Assembly (NCBI RefSeq): GCF_032444005.1
Contig: NC_091283.1
Coordinates: 42,842,001 to 42,906,000, forward strand
DNA from: Ranitomeya imitator
Lineage: Eukaryota
DNA length: 64,000 bases
Direction: 5' to 3'
Shown: in pieces, positions 13,361-23,700 of the stretch
Layout: each line of letters opens with the position of its first letter
Position numbering within the stretch: the first letter of the stretch is position 1
Translations under genes and position numbers: made by a program
The notes under the pieces: model-generated
The model's database searches: none
Told to the model about the DNA's origin: nothing
What the model saw: the letters and a program-made list of their open reading frames with translations, nothing else

Positions 13361-13790
13361 TGAAAGGTTTAGAGAGCTTAGAAAAGTTGAGCTTGTTTAG
13401 ATTAGAAAAAGAGACCTTAGAGATCTCATTTATATGTATGGTCAATATGTATAGAAATTAAATGTATGTTAATAAAAAAAAGGATTGGTATATGACTTAT
13501 TTCTTCCAAAGACCTTACAAAAGACCAGGGGTATTCATTCTGAGTGAAAGAAAGGTGATTCCGGCATATTTATAGGAAAGGATTTTTTACAGTTAGAGCA
13601 GTCAGACCGGACCACAAGAAGTAGTCATTGCGGCTATATAACAGCATTTATAGAAGGACTGGAAGCTTTTCTTACTACCAATGTCATTGTGGGTTATAAA
13701 TAATCTAGTAATAGAGAATGTAGGACTGGAGGAGAATGGGGGAACTTGAAGGACCTTTGTCTTTTTTTACTAACTATGTAACAATGTCTA
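13345..13790 (+). mobile_element. Degraded 3' end of a CR1 LINE
   Basis: Translates as ILHGMKGLESLEKLSLFRLEK...ISFICMVNMY, resembling the CR1 ORF2 C-terminus (GMEGLSYEERL..LGLFSLEKRRLRGDLI.MYK). GGATTTTTTACAGTTAGAGCAGT and a CTATGTAAC-type tail follow. Confidence 0.75.
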
Positions 13791-15139
13791 TAGTTGTGAT
13801 CTAAACAGATATGAACCAACAAGATACATTGTGCCTGAGATCCTCTATATTGCGCAGCTGGATAGTAAGGAAAGAGAAAATTGAGTGTCTGACATAAAGT
13901 CAGAGGATGGTAGGCTTCTGCTTCGGCAATCTCCTCTGACATCATCCTTCTGAACCTGTTCAGACACTTCGAAGTTAACTCATAAGTGAATGTGTCACAA
14001 CATTTATATCCACAGCTCCAAAAAATTGAAGGGGTTCTTCCCTTTAAGAAAATACCAGTCCCCAGGTGAAATTGATATTTAAAAAAAAAAAACGCACTCT
14101 ACTCACCCTCCCCAGGTCCAACGCTGACTCTCTGTAGCTGCTCACTCTATGTGAACACGGTCTAACTGTTCAAGCAAAGTGAATGTGATTTCACGAAAAC
14201 TCTGCCCCCTGTGGGTCTAAAAACGCTAATGAGCTGTGCAGTTTTTAGGTGTTTTTTTTTTCTCTATAGGCTTCTATGTGGAGCCTTAAAAAACCTAAGT
14301 AAAAAAAAAAATTGCATTTTAAAGTTCAGAATAAAAGCTTTTCTGGACTATTAAAAAAGCTGCTTCACATCTGCACCAAAAACGTATCAATTAAGGGGAG
14401 AAAAGGCAAAAAAAAAAACCCTAAGCCAAAGCGCATCAAAGAAGATTGTCATTGCTCGGTGTGGTGTGGATACCGCCAAAAACAGGCAGTTAAAAAGCGG
14501 AAAAAAAAAAAATGCTATTACACTATTAAACCTTTTTTATGGATTTAATGGAGGAAAAACATTTATCACATCATTTTGTATCCCATTTACCGATCACCGT
14601 AAATATCCGTTCACTGTATTGGACGAGTTGTTTCTGTTATTTCCTGATCTGGGAAGTTTGTTTTTAAAGAGCAGTTTTATGGTAAAAAAAATCTTAGTTT
14701 TTTCCCCCTCTAGAATACAGGTACACAGAAGTACACTGGTATATAGAGATGTATCTTTGTGTACCTGTACTATCTGCTTGCACGTTCCAGTACAGAACAT
14801 TCTCCTACACTGAGAAGTGCAGTTTTTGTTAGTGCCTACAATGATGCAGGCTGTGAGTTGGAACCCTGGGGAGACCAAATCTGAAGAAAAGAGGAGAATT
14901 GTTTATTTAATAGAATATAAGCATGTGCAGAGCAGAGATGCCGGCCCTAGTAACCAGGGAGAAGCTACAGAGCAAGAAAGAAATTGAAGTCGGGACGCGG
15001 CCTCGACCTTCTGGGACAGCGGGACAGCGGGACAGCTCCCTCAAATCTAGCCCGTCCCGGAACATTTGGGAGTTCTGGATACGGATCATGTGACTGGGTT
15101 GATACCTTTCTACGGTCCTCTCCAGGTCTCCTCTCCTTA

Positions 15140-15245
15140 TGAGACTGTGTTAAGAGACACAGCAAACCTTCTAGCAATGGCACTTATAGATGTGCCATAC
15201 TGGTGAAACTGGACTACCTGCGCAAACATAATGGGCTACCTCATG
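15140..15245 (-). mobile_element. Short Tc1 transposase 5' fragment
   Basis: The reverse complement (GCGCAGGTAGTCCAGTTTCACCAGTATGGCACATCTATAAGTGCCATTGCTAGAAGGTTTGCTGTGTCT) matches the start of the transposase at 34338-34230. Confidence 0.65.
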
Positions 15246-15540
15246 AGACTAACAAAACTTTGGGGGGGTTCCTGCACCTGTTGTCCCTTTTTGTCACCAA
15301 AGCACCCCATTCTTCCAGGGGCTCCATAAATGTCTTTATTAATAACACTCCTTTACCATTTCCACCAATATGGAGAAGCGTCAGGGGTTGCGGTCGTCCA
15401 TTTTGCTGCGCACTCCCTGTACAGAGCGGACCATGAAGAAGTTGCATTTCTGGCGGGAACAGCAAAATATTTCACTTAGGAGTTAAATGCCTGAACAGGT
15501 AGAACAGGATGATGTAACAGGAGGCTGGAAGAGCAAAAGT

Positions 15541-15577
15541 CCGAAATCCCTCTGCGGATATGAGACTTTCACTTTCC
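15541..15577 (-). promoter_or_regulatory. Candidate distal IRF-E plus kB-like site upstream of IFN-lambda
   Basis: On the minus strand, GGAAAGTGAAAGT (15577-15565) fits the IRF-E consensus and GGGATTTCGG (15550-15541) is kB-like. This is a motif match only. Confidence 0.4.
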
Positions 15578-17545
15578 TCTTTCCGTACATTCCAGGTGCA
15601 TAGTATACGTCATCTATTACTACGCCGGTGATGTGTTTTGCATGGAGCTTTGGATCTTGCTCTTTGGCCGCCATTACTTGCACATGTGATCTGGCTGGAC
15701 ACAGCATAGTACGCAGTTTCTGGTCCATTCGAGCAGATTTGGCAGCATATTTCACGATACAAACCACATATGTTATTAAACAGATCTCTTAGAACTGATA
15801 AGGCTGGGGTACTTCCTTTGAAAATCCATAAGAGGATCCTTTTTGAAAAGCTTTTTCCCTCCTGGGATTAAAATGAGCTCTAGTTTAATTAAGCTAATTT
15901 TAATATCAAAATTATAAAGATTGTGTAGCCATGAGATGTCAAAGTAAGTACATCAGCCTCATCTGGTCTAAAGATCTATGTAATAATCTATATACTTTGG
16001 TGATAGATCCTTTTATAAGGTGATGTTCCACCTTCTGACACAATGTTGTCCTTAGGTCTAACATCCTGTTACAACTGATTATGAGATCGGTGGCGTCCGG
16101 CACCCCCAAACGATCAGCATGAAATCGACTCCAGTGATGGCCGGATATAAGCGATGTATGGGGCAGAACACAGTAGCCATGTACGTTGCTTAGTGGTCAA
16201 TGCACCTTATTTCCTATTCCATTGATTAAGTGCAGCGGCCCCTAAACAGCGTACGGGGCTACTGTGATATGCCCCATAGAGTTCAGTGATACAATTCTGC
16301 TTTCCTCCAGCCGCCACTAGGGGGAGCTTGCTGCATATTGTGCTATTATTGAGTTCAATGTATACACAGTATGTCAGAAAGCTCCCCCTAGTGGTGACTG
16401 GTGACAGTGAGAATTCCATCATTTAGCTATATGGCTGTGCGCAGGAGATGGAAAAAAAGAACTGCAACCTCAGAATTTTTGACTCATTTAAATATTAAAA
16501 AAATAATTTAAGTTTGGACCTTCACTTTAAGAAACACAAACCAGTGTGTGCTAGTGAATCCGCTGAGAACTAGAGCCAAGTGCAGCAGGGTCAGCCTTAG
16601 GGGTGTGTGACATGTTACTAACAAGTGATGCCACCACCATATAACAGTAATATTTAGACTATTGCTGATATTTGGTCACTGTGCGGTGGTATGCTTTGAG
16701 CACTGTATGGCGGTACTTACTTAGGATTTGGCACAAGTGTGTGATGTTGGATGTTATTTAGTATTGCTATCAAGGAAACTATATGACGCCGTACTATATG
16801 ACCCTTATATAATTAGGCTCTGTATAGGGGGAGCCACCTGACGATATTATACAGGACACCGTGCACCATAAGGCCTGCCCAGAGTGCTACCTGTAAAGGA
16901 AGCAGTCCTCACATCCCGTATGCATGACATTTCAGCCGATATCGCTGCTCCATGGAGTTACAGGATGTCCAACCCGAAGCTCAAGGAGCTCATTGACCTG
17001 TTATTGCCCCCCAAAAAATAAGTCATAACTTGCTCATTGCTCGAGGTTGGACTACTAGGACCCCTCCGAGACCGGGGCTCTGGAACCCTGAGAACAAAGT
17101 CCCGTCCTGAATGGAGTGGATGTGTGAATGCTTAGCCTCTCTTCCATTCATTGACTATGGGACTGAGGAAACAATCCTATAGCCAATGAAAGAAGTGGCG
17201 GCCAAGCATACGCGCCTCCTCTCCATGCAGGGTGGGCTGCAGAGCTCCGTTCCCAGGGTTTCTGAGCTCTGATCTTGGGATTGCTGGAGATCCCAGCGAT
17301 TGGACTTTTCAGGAATAACCCTTCACATACAGTCGCCGTTGCAGGCAGCGTTGTTCTTCGTCGATAAAACCTCAGTGTTTCTCCAGATTCCCATTTCACC
17401 TGCTCTCTTCGTCAATCGCTGGTGTTTTTGTTTCCTGCAGCGAAGAGCAAATATGTGCGAGCCACGAGGCTGACATGAAGACCTTTGGTATGTAGCCGGA
17501 GGAGGAGATCGGGCTTTGACAGGCGCAGGCTGCGACCGACACACC

Positions 17546-17701
17546 TGACGTCACCTGCTCACCTGGAAAGAAAGTGAAACCTGTCGAGAAGTTCCCTAAC
17601 AACAATGCGGTTCCCATTCTCCTTTAAGTTACATCACCAAAGAAATCTGGAAGATATCCTGAAAGTGAATTCAATTTTCCCCGGGAGCATGGAGTATAAA
17701 A
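17546..17701 (+). promoter_or_regulatory. IFN-lambda proximal promoter: CRE/ATF, IRF-E/ISRE, kB-like site, TATA
   Basis: TGACGTCA 17546-17553; GAAAGAAAGTGAAAC 17566-17580; AGAAGTTCCC 17587-17596 (reverse GGGAACTTCT); GAAAGTGAA 17661-17669; TATAAAA 17695-17701, 38 nt before the first ATG. Confidence 0.75.
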
Positions 17702-17738
17702 GAAGCAACATGGAGCATCCTACACCAAACCCACCACA

Positions 17739-17757
17739 ATGCGCCCTACAAGAGCAG
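17739..17757 (+). CDS. IFNL: IFN-lambda exon 1 (mini-exon, MRPTRA plus the first base of D)
   Basis: First ATG downstream of the expected TSS. Donor GTGAGG at 17758 joins the acceptor TTTGCAG|AT ATG at 17839/17840 in frame. Confidence 0.6.
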
Positions 17758-20700
17758 GTGAGGGGTCCGCACCGTCATACTGGACAATGCATTATAACCT
17801 TTGGGTATTTGGGCTTATTTTTGCCCTTCTTATTTGCAGATATGGCTGCCATCGTCAGAACTGTGGTTCCTCTTGCCCTGTATTTTGCGAGCCTGCAGGA
17901 CGTGGCCGAGGGTCATCCGATCCAGAATCACTGTCATATGTCTAAATATAAAAAGATGCAACCGAGCGCCATGTCACCGGCCCGAAAACTCCAGAACTTA
18001 CAGGTGAGTGGAGATCAGGGGTTGGAATGAGGGTGCGAAACGGACGGTCAACGAGGTGCAAGTCCCACATAACTGTGATGTCCATAGACGGCAATGGCGG
18101 ATACTTTTTTTAGGAATTCACCCGGGACCCCCCTCTATATGGGGGGCTGCTAACAAGCTGGAGAGATCCTGTATAACCCTTTTTTGCAATGGCCCCAAGT
18201 AATTCTATATTTCCCCTGTCTAGACGGTTGCAGTGGACAATGATTCCCAGGATAAAAATTGGGGTCTCGAGGTGAATCCCTGGGATTGCTAGTGATAAGA
18301 AAATCCCTATAAATGTGCGATCAGCCCCCAAAAGTAGATTATAAAAAAAATCCCATTGTGTAGATGACCCTCTGAGAACCCGAGTACTTGTGTATAATGC
18401 ATGGAAGGACATCGGACGTGTTTATCGGATCTGATCCTCGCTCTTTTCCCGCAGCACAAGAAGTCGTCGTGCCACCACGGCCTCCGCCTGAAACACTTCG
18501 AGGACTGCGATATAAAGGTAAGGAGCTTAATCTTCGTCCATTATACCAAATGTGTAGCAGGACCCCCGACCACTATAATGGCGACTTGTACGGGTGCGAC
18601 GGCGATCCCTACACCCTCTATAGCTATGCTCCAATGTCCAGGGAAGCTGAGGACCTAAGAAATGGCTCCCGGGGCAGGGATCCGGGTCTAGACAGAGTTA
18701 TTATATAGTCAGGATTCAAATAACAACATTCCCACCGTGAGCTTTTGGGGAGTTTTTGACGCTGCAAAATTTCTGCACCTATTGTGTAAATTCAGTTACT
18801 CGCGGTTTTTTGCTGCATTTTTCACTGCTGTTTTCTATCTTCTTTTTGATGCTGCGATTTTTTTAATCTTTTTTCGGTGTGTCATGCTTTAAGGAAAGTG
18901 GCTTTGTTTTTGATACTTCCTGGTATGCAAATGAATATTTACCATATTTTTCAGACTATAAGACGCACTTTTTTCTCCAAACAATTTGGGTGCAAATGGG
19001 GGTGCGTCTTATAGTCTGAATATACTTACAAATAGTGTGGCGGCAGCAGGAGTCGGGTGATTCTGCGGCGGTCCCGGACCGTGCAGGGCGACAATCACAC
19101 TCCCTTACCAGGCTGGTGTGTTGGGTCTCTTCGGCGCGCTGTGGTGCGGGGTGGCTCCTCCGGCATTTTGTGAAAGGCCCTCACATATCCATTGCTGCGA
19201 TGCGGTGGCCTCCGGGAAAATGGCCGCTGGAGGCCGGCGCATGCTCACATTTAGATCTCTTGGGATGAGATCTCATTGCCGAGATCTCAATCTGAGCATG
19301 CACCGCCCCCCGGCGGCCATTTTCCCGGAGGCCACCGCATTGCAGCAATGGATATGCCGCGGCCTTCAAGCTTTCACAAAATGCCGGCGAAGCCCCCCGA
19401 ACCATAGAGCGCCGAAGAGACCTTCCGCACCAGCCTGGGATGGAATTTCCTGGAGGCCACCGCATTACAGCAATGTGCGAGGGCCTCAGGGCTTTCACAA
19501 AATGCCGAGTACCGCCGAACCGGTATGGGATGATGGGAGTCATATTGCCGGACCACCGAACACTTCCTGTGACCACGCTCCACCAGCGCTGCCGATCCCC
19601 CCCGGTAAGCTGAATTTGGAGTGTAAGACGGACCCCCATTTGACACATTCATTTTTTTCCCCTGTTTTCCTTCTGAAAATTTGTGGTGCGTCTTATAGTC
19701 CGAAAAATACGGCACCTGCAGATTTTCCGCATCTAATATAAGTCTATGGGGAAAATCTGCACGGAAAACTCAGCGTACCGCAACAGAAGTTGACACGCCA
19801 CAGATTTGAAACATGCACCGCGGGACAGTTTACGCTGAGTAAAGAAGAAGCGCAACGGGCGGGAGATTTCTATAAATCCCATCCACTTTGCTGGAGCCGC
19901 AGCAAAAACACGCACCAAAAATAGTTGATCAGATTTCTGATACAGAGCTCCAAACCCTCTGCATTAGTAGAACATGCATTAGCAGAAGAAGAAAAAAAGT
20001 TGAATACCAGCACCAGCCACTAGAGGGAGCTTCAATGTTTCACATTGACTTCAATATTAAGGCAGTAAATAAGCTCCCTCTAGTGGCGGCCACGGGTATC
20101 TAATATGTCATCTTTAATTCTATTGCTAGTTGCAAAATGAGTTAACTGAGAATCCATCAGTGAGCTCAGTTTGTAACTCATTTCGACTTATGACCAAAGA
20201 CCACATCAAAGTTAAATGTGTGGGGAAAAAAAGAGCTTTGTAAATGCTAAAGGGTGCAAAATATTTACTGAATCCCAGTTAAAAAATGATCTTTAGCTGA
20301 AAGTAACGGCATTTAAGTAAAATAAAATGTAATGTCCCTAGAGGTGGACAAACCCTTTAAGATGATAAGTAAGTGGTAAATGTTCCATAGTGTGTCCTAA
20401 TTATTGCATATGTCTCCGCAGGGCAGAGACAGACTGATGCTCACCTTATACCGGGTGTCACTGGTCGTCAACGTGCTGGAAAATATGAACAAGACCGAAC
20501 TCGTAAAGCAAAATCTGAAAGCTTTCTCCATTCTCGAGTCGGACCTGATGAATTGTGTAAGTGCAGAAACATTGCAGATATCTCTCGTACAGGTGACCTA
20601 GACAAGGTGTATGGAATAAGCTTGCTCTTGGAGTGAATTTTTTTGTGTGCTCAGTGGCTAAGAGCCCCATTCTGTGATGTTAGTCAATCAGTCCCTGGTG

Positions 20701-23700
20701 CCTCGTGTTCTTGTGACCGATATTAGTGCTTCGGTCCATAGTGTCCAGTGATTTCACACCATAGTCACTGGCCTCTAAGTTATGGTGACCCAGTGCGTGG
20801 TGTTCAGTGGGTAAGTGCTCCAGTCCATATTGTCCAGTGTTTTAACACCCCTAGTCCAAAGTAATATGGTGTCTCAGTCTCTGGTGTTTAGTAGTTAAGT
20901 GCACCTGCCCATAGTGTCCTGTGTTTTACTACCCTTTTCCTCAGTTTCTGGTGCCATGGTGACCCAGTGCATGATGTTCAGTGGATAAGTGATCTGGTCC
21001 ATAGTATCCATAGTTTCAACACCCTGGATCCTAGTGTCTAGTGTCATGGTGACCCACTCTGTAACATTCAATGGATTAGTGTTCCACTTAATAGTATCTG
21101 GTCTTTCATTGCCCTTGTCCCTGGTGTCTAGTGTTGTGGCGAGCAAGTCTAGTCTTTAATACTCAGTGGCTAAGTGCTCCAGTCCATATTATTCTGAGCT
21201 TTAGTACCATGGTGTCTAGTGTTATAGTGAGCCATTCTTCATTGTTCAGTAGATAAATGTTCCATAGTAATCAGCCCTGATGTTTAGTGTCATAGTGATC
21301 CAGTGTCTGGTGTTCAGTGAATAAGTGCTCTGGTCCAGTACGCCCCAGTACTAGATCCTAGTGTCTAGTGTTATGGTGACCCACTCTGTAACATTCAATG
21401 GATTAGTGTTCCACTTAATAATATCAGGTCTTTCATTGCCCTTGTCCCTGGTGTCTAGTGTTGTGGTGAGAAAGTCTAGTCTTTAATACTCAGTGGGTAA
21501 GTGCTCCAGTCCATATTATTCTGAGCTTTAGTACCCTGGTGTCTAGTCTTATTATAGTGAGTCATTCTTCATTGTTCAGTAGATAAATGTTCCATAGTAA
21601 TCAGCCCTGATGTTTAGTGTCATAGTGATCCAGTTTCTGGGGTTCAGTGAATAAGTGCTCTGGTCCATAGTACCCCCCAGTACTAGATCCTAGTGTCTAG
21701 TGTTATGGTGACCCACTCTGTAACATTCAATGGATTAGTGTTCCACTTAATAGTATCTGGTCTTTCATTGCCCTTGTCCCTGGTGTCTAGTGTTGTGGTG
21801 AGAAAGTCTAGTCTTTAATACTCAGTGGGTAAGTGCTCCAGTCCATATTATTCTGAGCTTTAGTACCATGGTGTCTAGTGTTATTATAGTGAGCCATTGT
21901 TCAGTAGATAAATGTTCCATAGTAATCAGCCCTGATGTTTAGTGTCATAGTGATCCAGTCTGGTGTTCAGTGAATAAGTGCTCTGGTCCATAGTACCCCC
22001 CAGTACTAGATCCTAGTGTTTAGTGTTATGGTGACCCAGACTCGAAGATTCGGTGGATAAATGCTCCAGTTCATAGTATTTAGTGTGTCACTATCCTTGC
22101 CCCTGGTGTCTAGTGCTGTAGTGAGCCAGTCTTCAGTGGATAAGTGCTCCAGTTCTTAGTGTCCTATTTTTAATTACATAGTCCCTGGTGTCTGTTAATC
22201 AGTGGATTTGTGCTTTGGTCTAAAGTATCCATAGTTTCAACTCCACAGACCTTCTTGTCTAATACTATGCTGACCTGATACCCTGGTGGCCCAGTGGGTA
22301 CGTGCTCCAGGTCATAGTGTTCAGAGTTTTAACATTCTAGTCCCTCGTGTATAGTGTAATGGTGACAGTCTCTGTTATTTTGGTGAATAAGTGTTCCGGT
22401 CACTAGAACCCATGGTTTTAACACCCTAGTCCTACTCTGGTACCTGCTGTGTGTCGTTGGCTTTCCTGCCCCCCTCTGGCATTGAGCATGTCCTTTCCTG
22501 TCTGACATCCCCATACACATCAGATTGGTGAGGTTGGCCATCAGTAATCCCATCTGCAGTTTTTCGTTAATCCTCTATGTTTTTACCGATACCTCAGAAA
22601 GCTTTTATTGATATGAGTAATGCACGGGTTTGAGTGACGTTGGTTCCTTGTCATTTTGGAGAAAGTATCATTTTACCATCTTTATTCTTTTCCAGGAAAT
22701 GGAGAAATCCCCAGAGTTGAAGAACTGTCGGCATCATCTCAAGCAATACAGAGAGACGGTAAATATTTACTGCCGGAAACGGAGGGAACTCCGCACATCG
22801 GTTTAGTCATTACCTAGCATTCCCCACGTTGTACGATTCCTCTGTTATTCCTCTTAGAAAAATGTATGAAAAAATTGACAATTGGGTGTTACCGTTCCCC
22901 TCTTTCCAAAGGGGCGTGTCCCTACACAGTCTGATGTCAGCACTCACTGAACAGCTATAGGAACATGCTACCAAGTGGTAATACCCTTATATCAATTTAT
23001 TCATATTTAGGGGGAGGGATAACAGAGAAGAACTGGTCTATCTTGGAGAAGATTTACTAAAATAGTCCTTTTTAAGCTTAGTCATAGATATAAGTTTGGG
23101 TTTTTTGAAGCCTTTTTAAGAGTTTTTGAGACAAGTGTCACCCAAGATGACTGGTGGAGACAGATAACCATATAATATGTATGAGAACTGTCATTTCGAC
23201 AGTCAGAAGTTTACATTAGTGGGTGTCTGAATGCCAAGACCTCCACCGATCTGTGAAATGAAAGGGCAGAAGTGTTCAGCCAAGCTATGCTCTCCTTCAA
23301 GGGGACATGTCACTTGCCATAAATATGTAATTTTTTTTATCTCGTGTAAGTGCTGCTGTTCTCCTGAATCCGGCGATGTTTTTCTCTTGTTCCTGCTCCT
23401 CTCCGTTCCTGAGATATGGCCTCTTCTTCTCTGTATATACTCTTGCTAGCCAACTGGGCGCGTTCCTTAAGAATATGCCCAAAAAAGGAGTTGGTCACCA
23501 CGCCCACCTGGAAAAAAAAGAGCTTTATACACAGAAAAGAGGGGGCCATATCTCAGGAACGGAGAGGCGCAGGAAGAAAAGAAAAACATCGCCGGATTCA
23601 GGAAAACGGCGGCTTTCACACCAGGTAAAAAAATTACCTATTTCTGACAAATGACAGGTTCCCTTTAACACAGATATTCTATCGAGTCCATCTTCAGTTC

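Noticed and set aside
10393-13461. Many overlapping ORFs with a 28-aa period
   Set aside because: The 28-bp satellite lacks stops in all three + frames. Only the CR1 ancestry of the unit is meaningful.
15483-15767. 94-aa minus-strand ORF with protein-like composition (VIDDVYY, DFGLLLF)
   Set aside because: I recognise no family, it begins at a GTG, and it has no clear exon partners. A BLASTX search would be needed to exclude a decayed retrocopy.
17605-18030. 141-aa ORF as a single-exon gene
   Set aside because: It starts upstream of the TATA box and reads through intron 1. Only 17840-18003 is exon.
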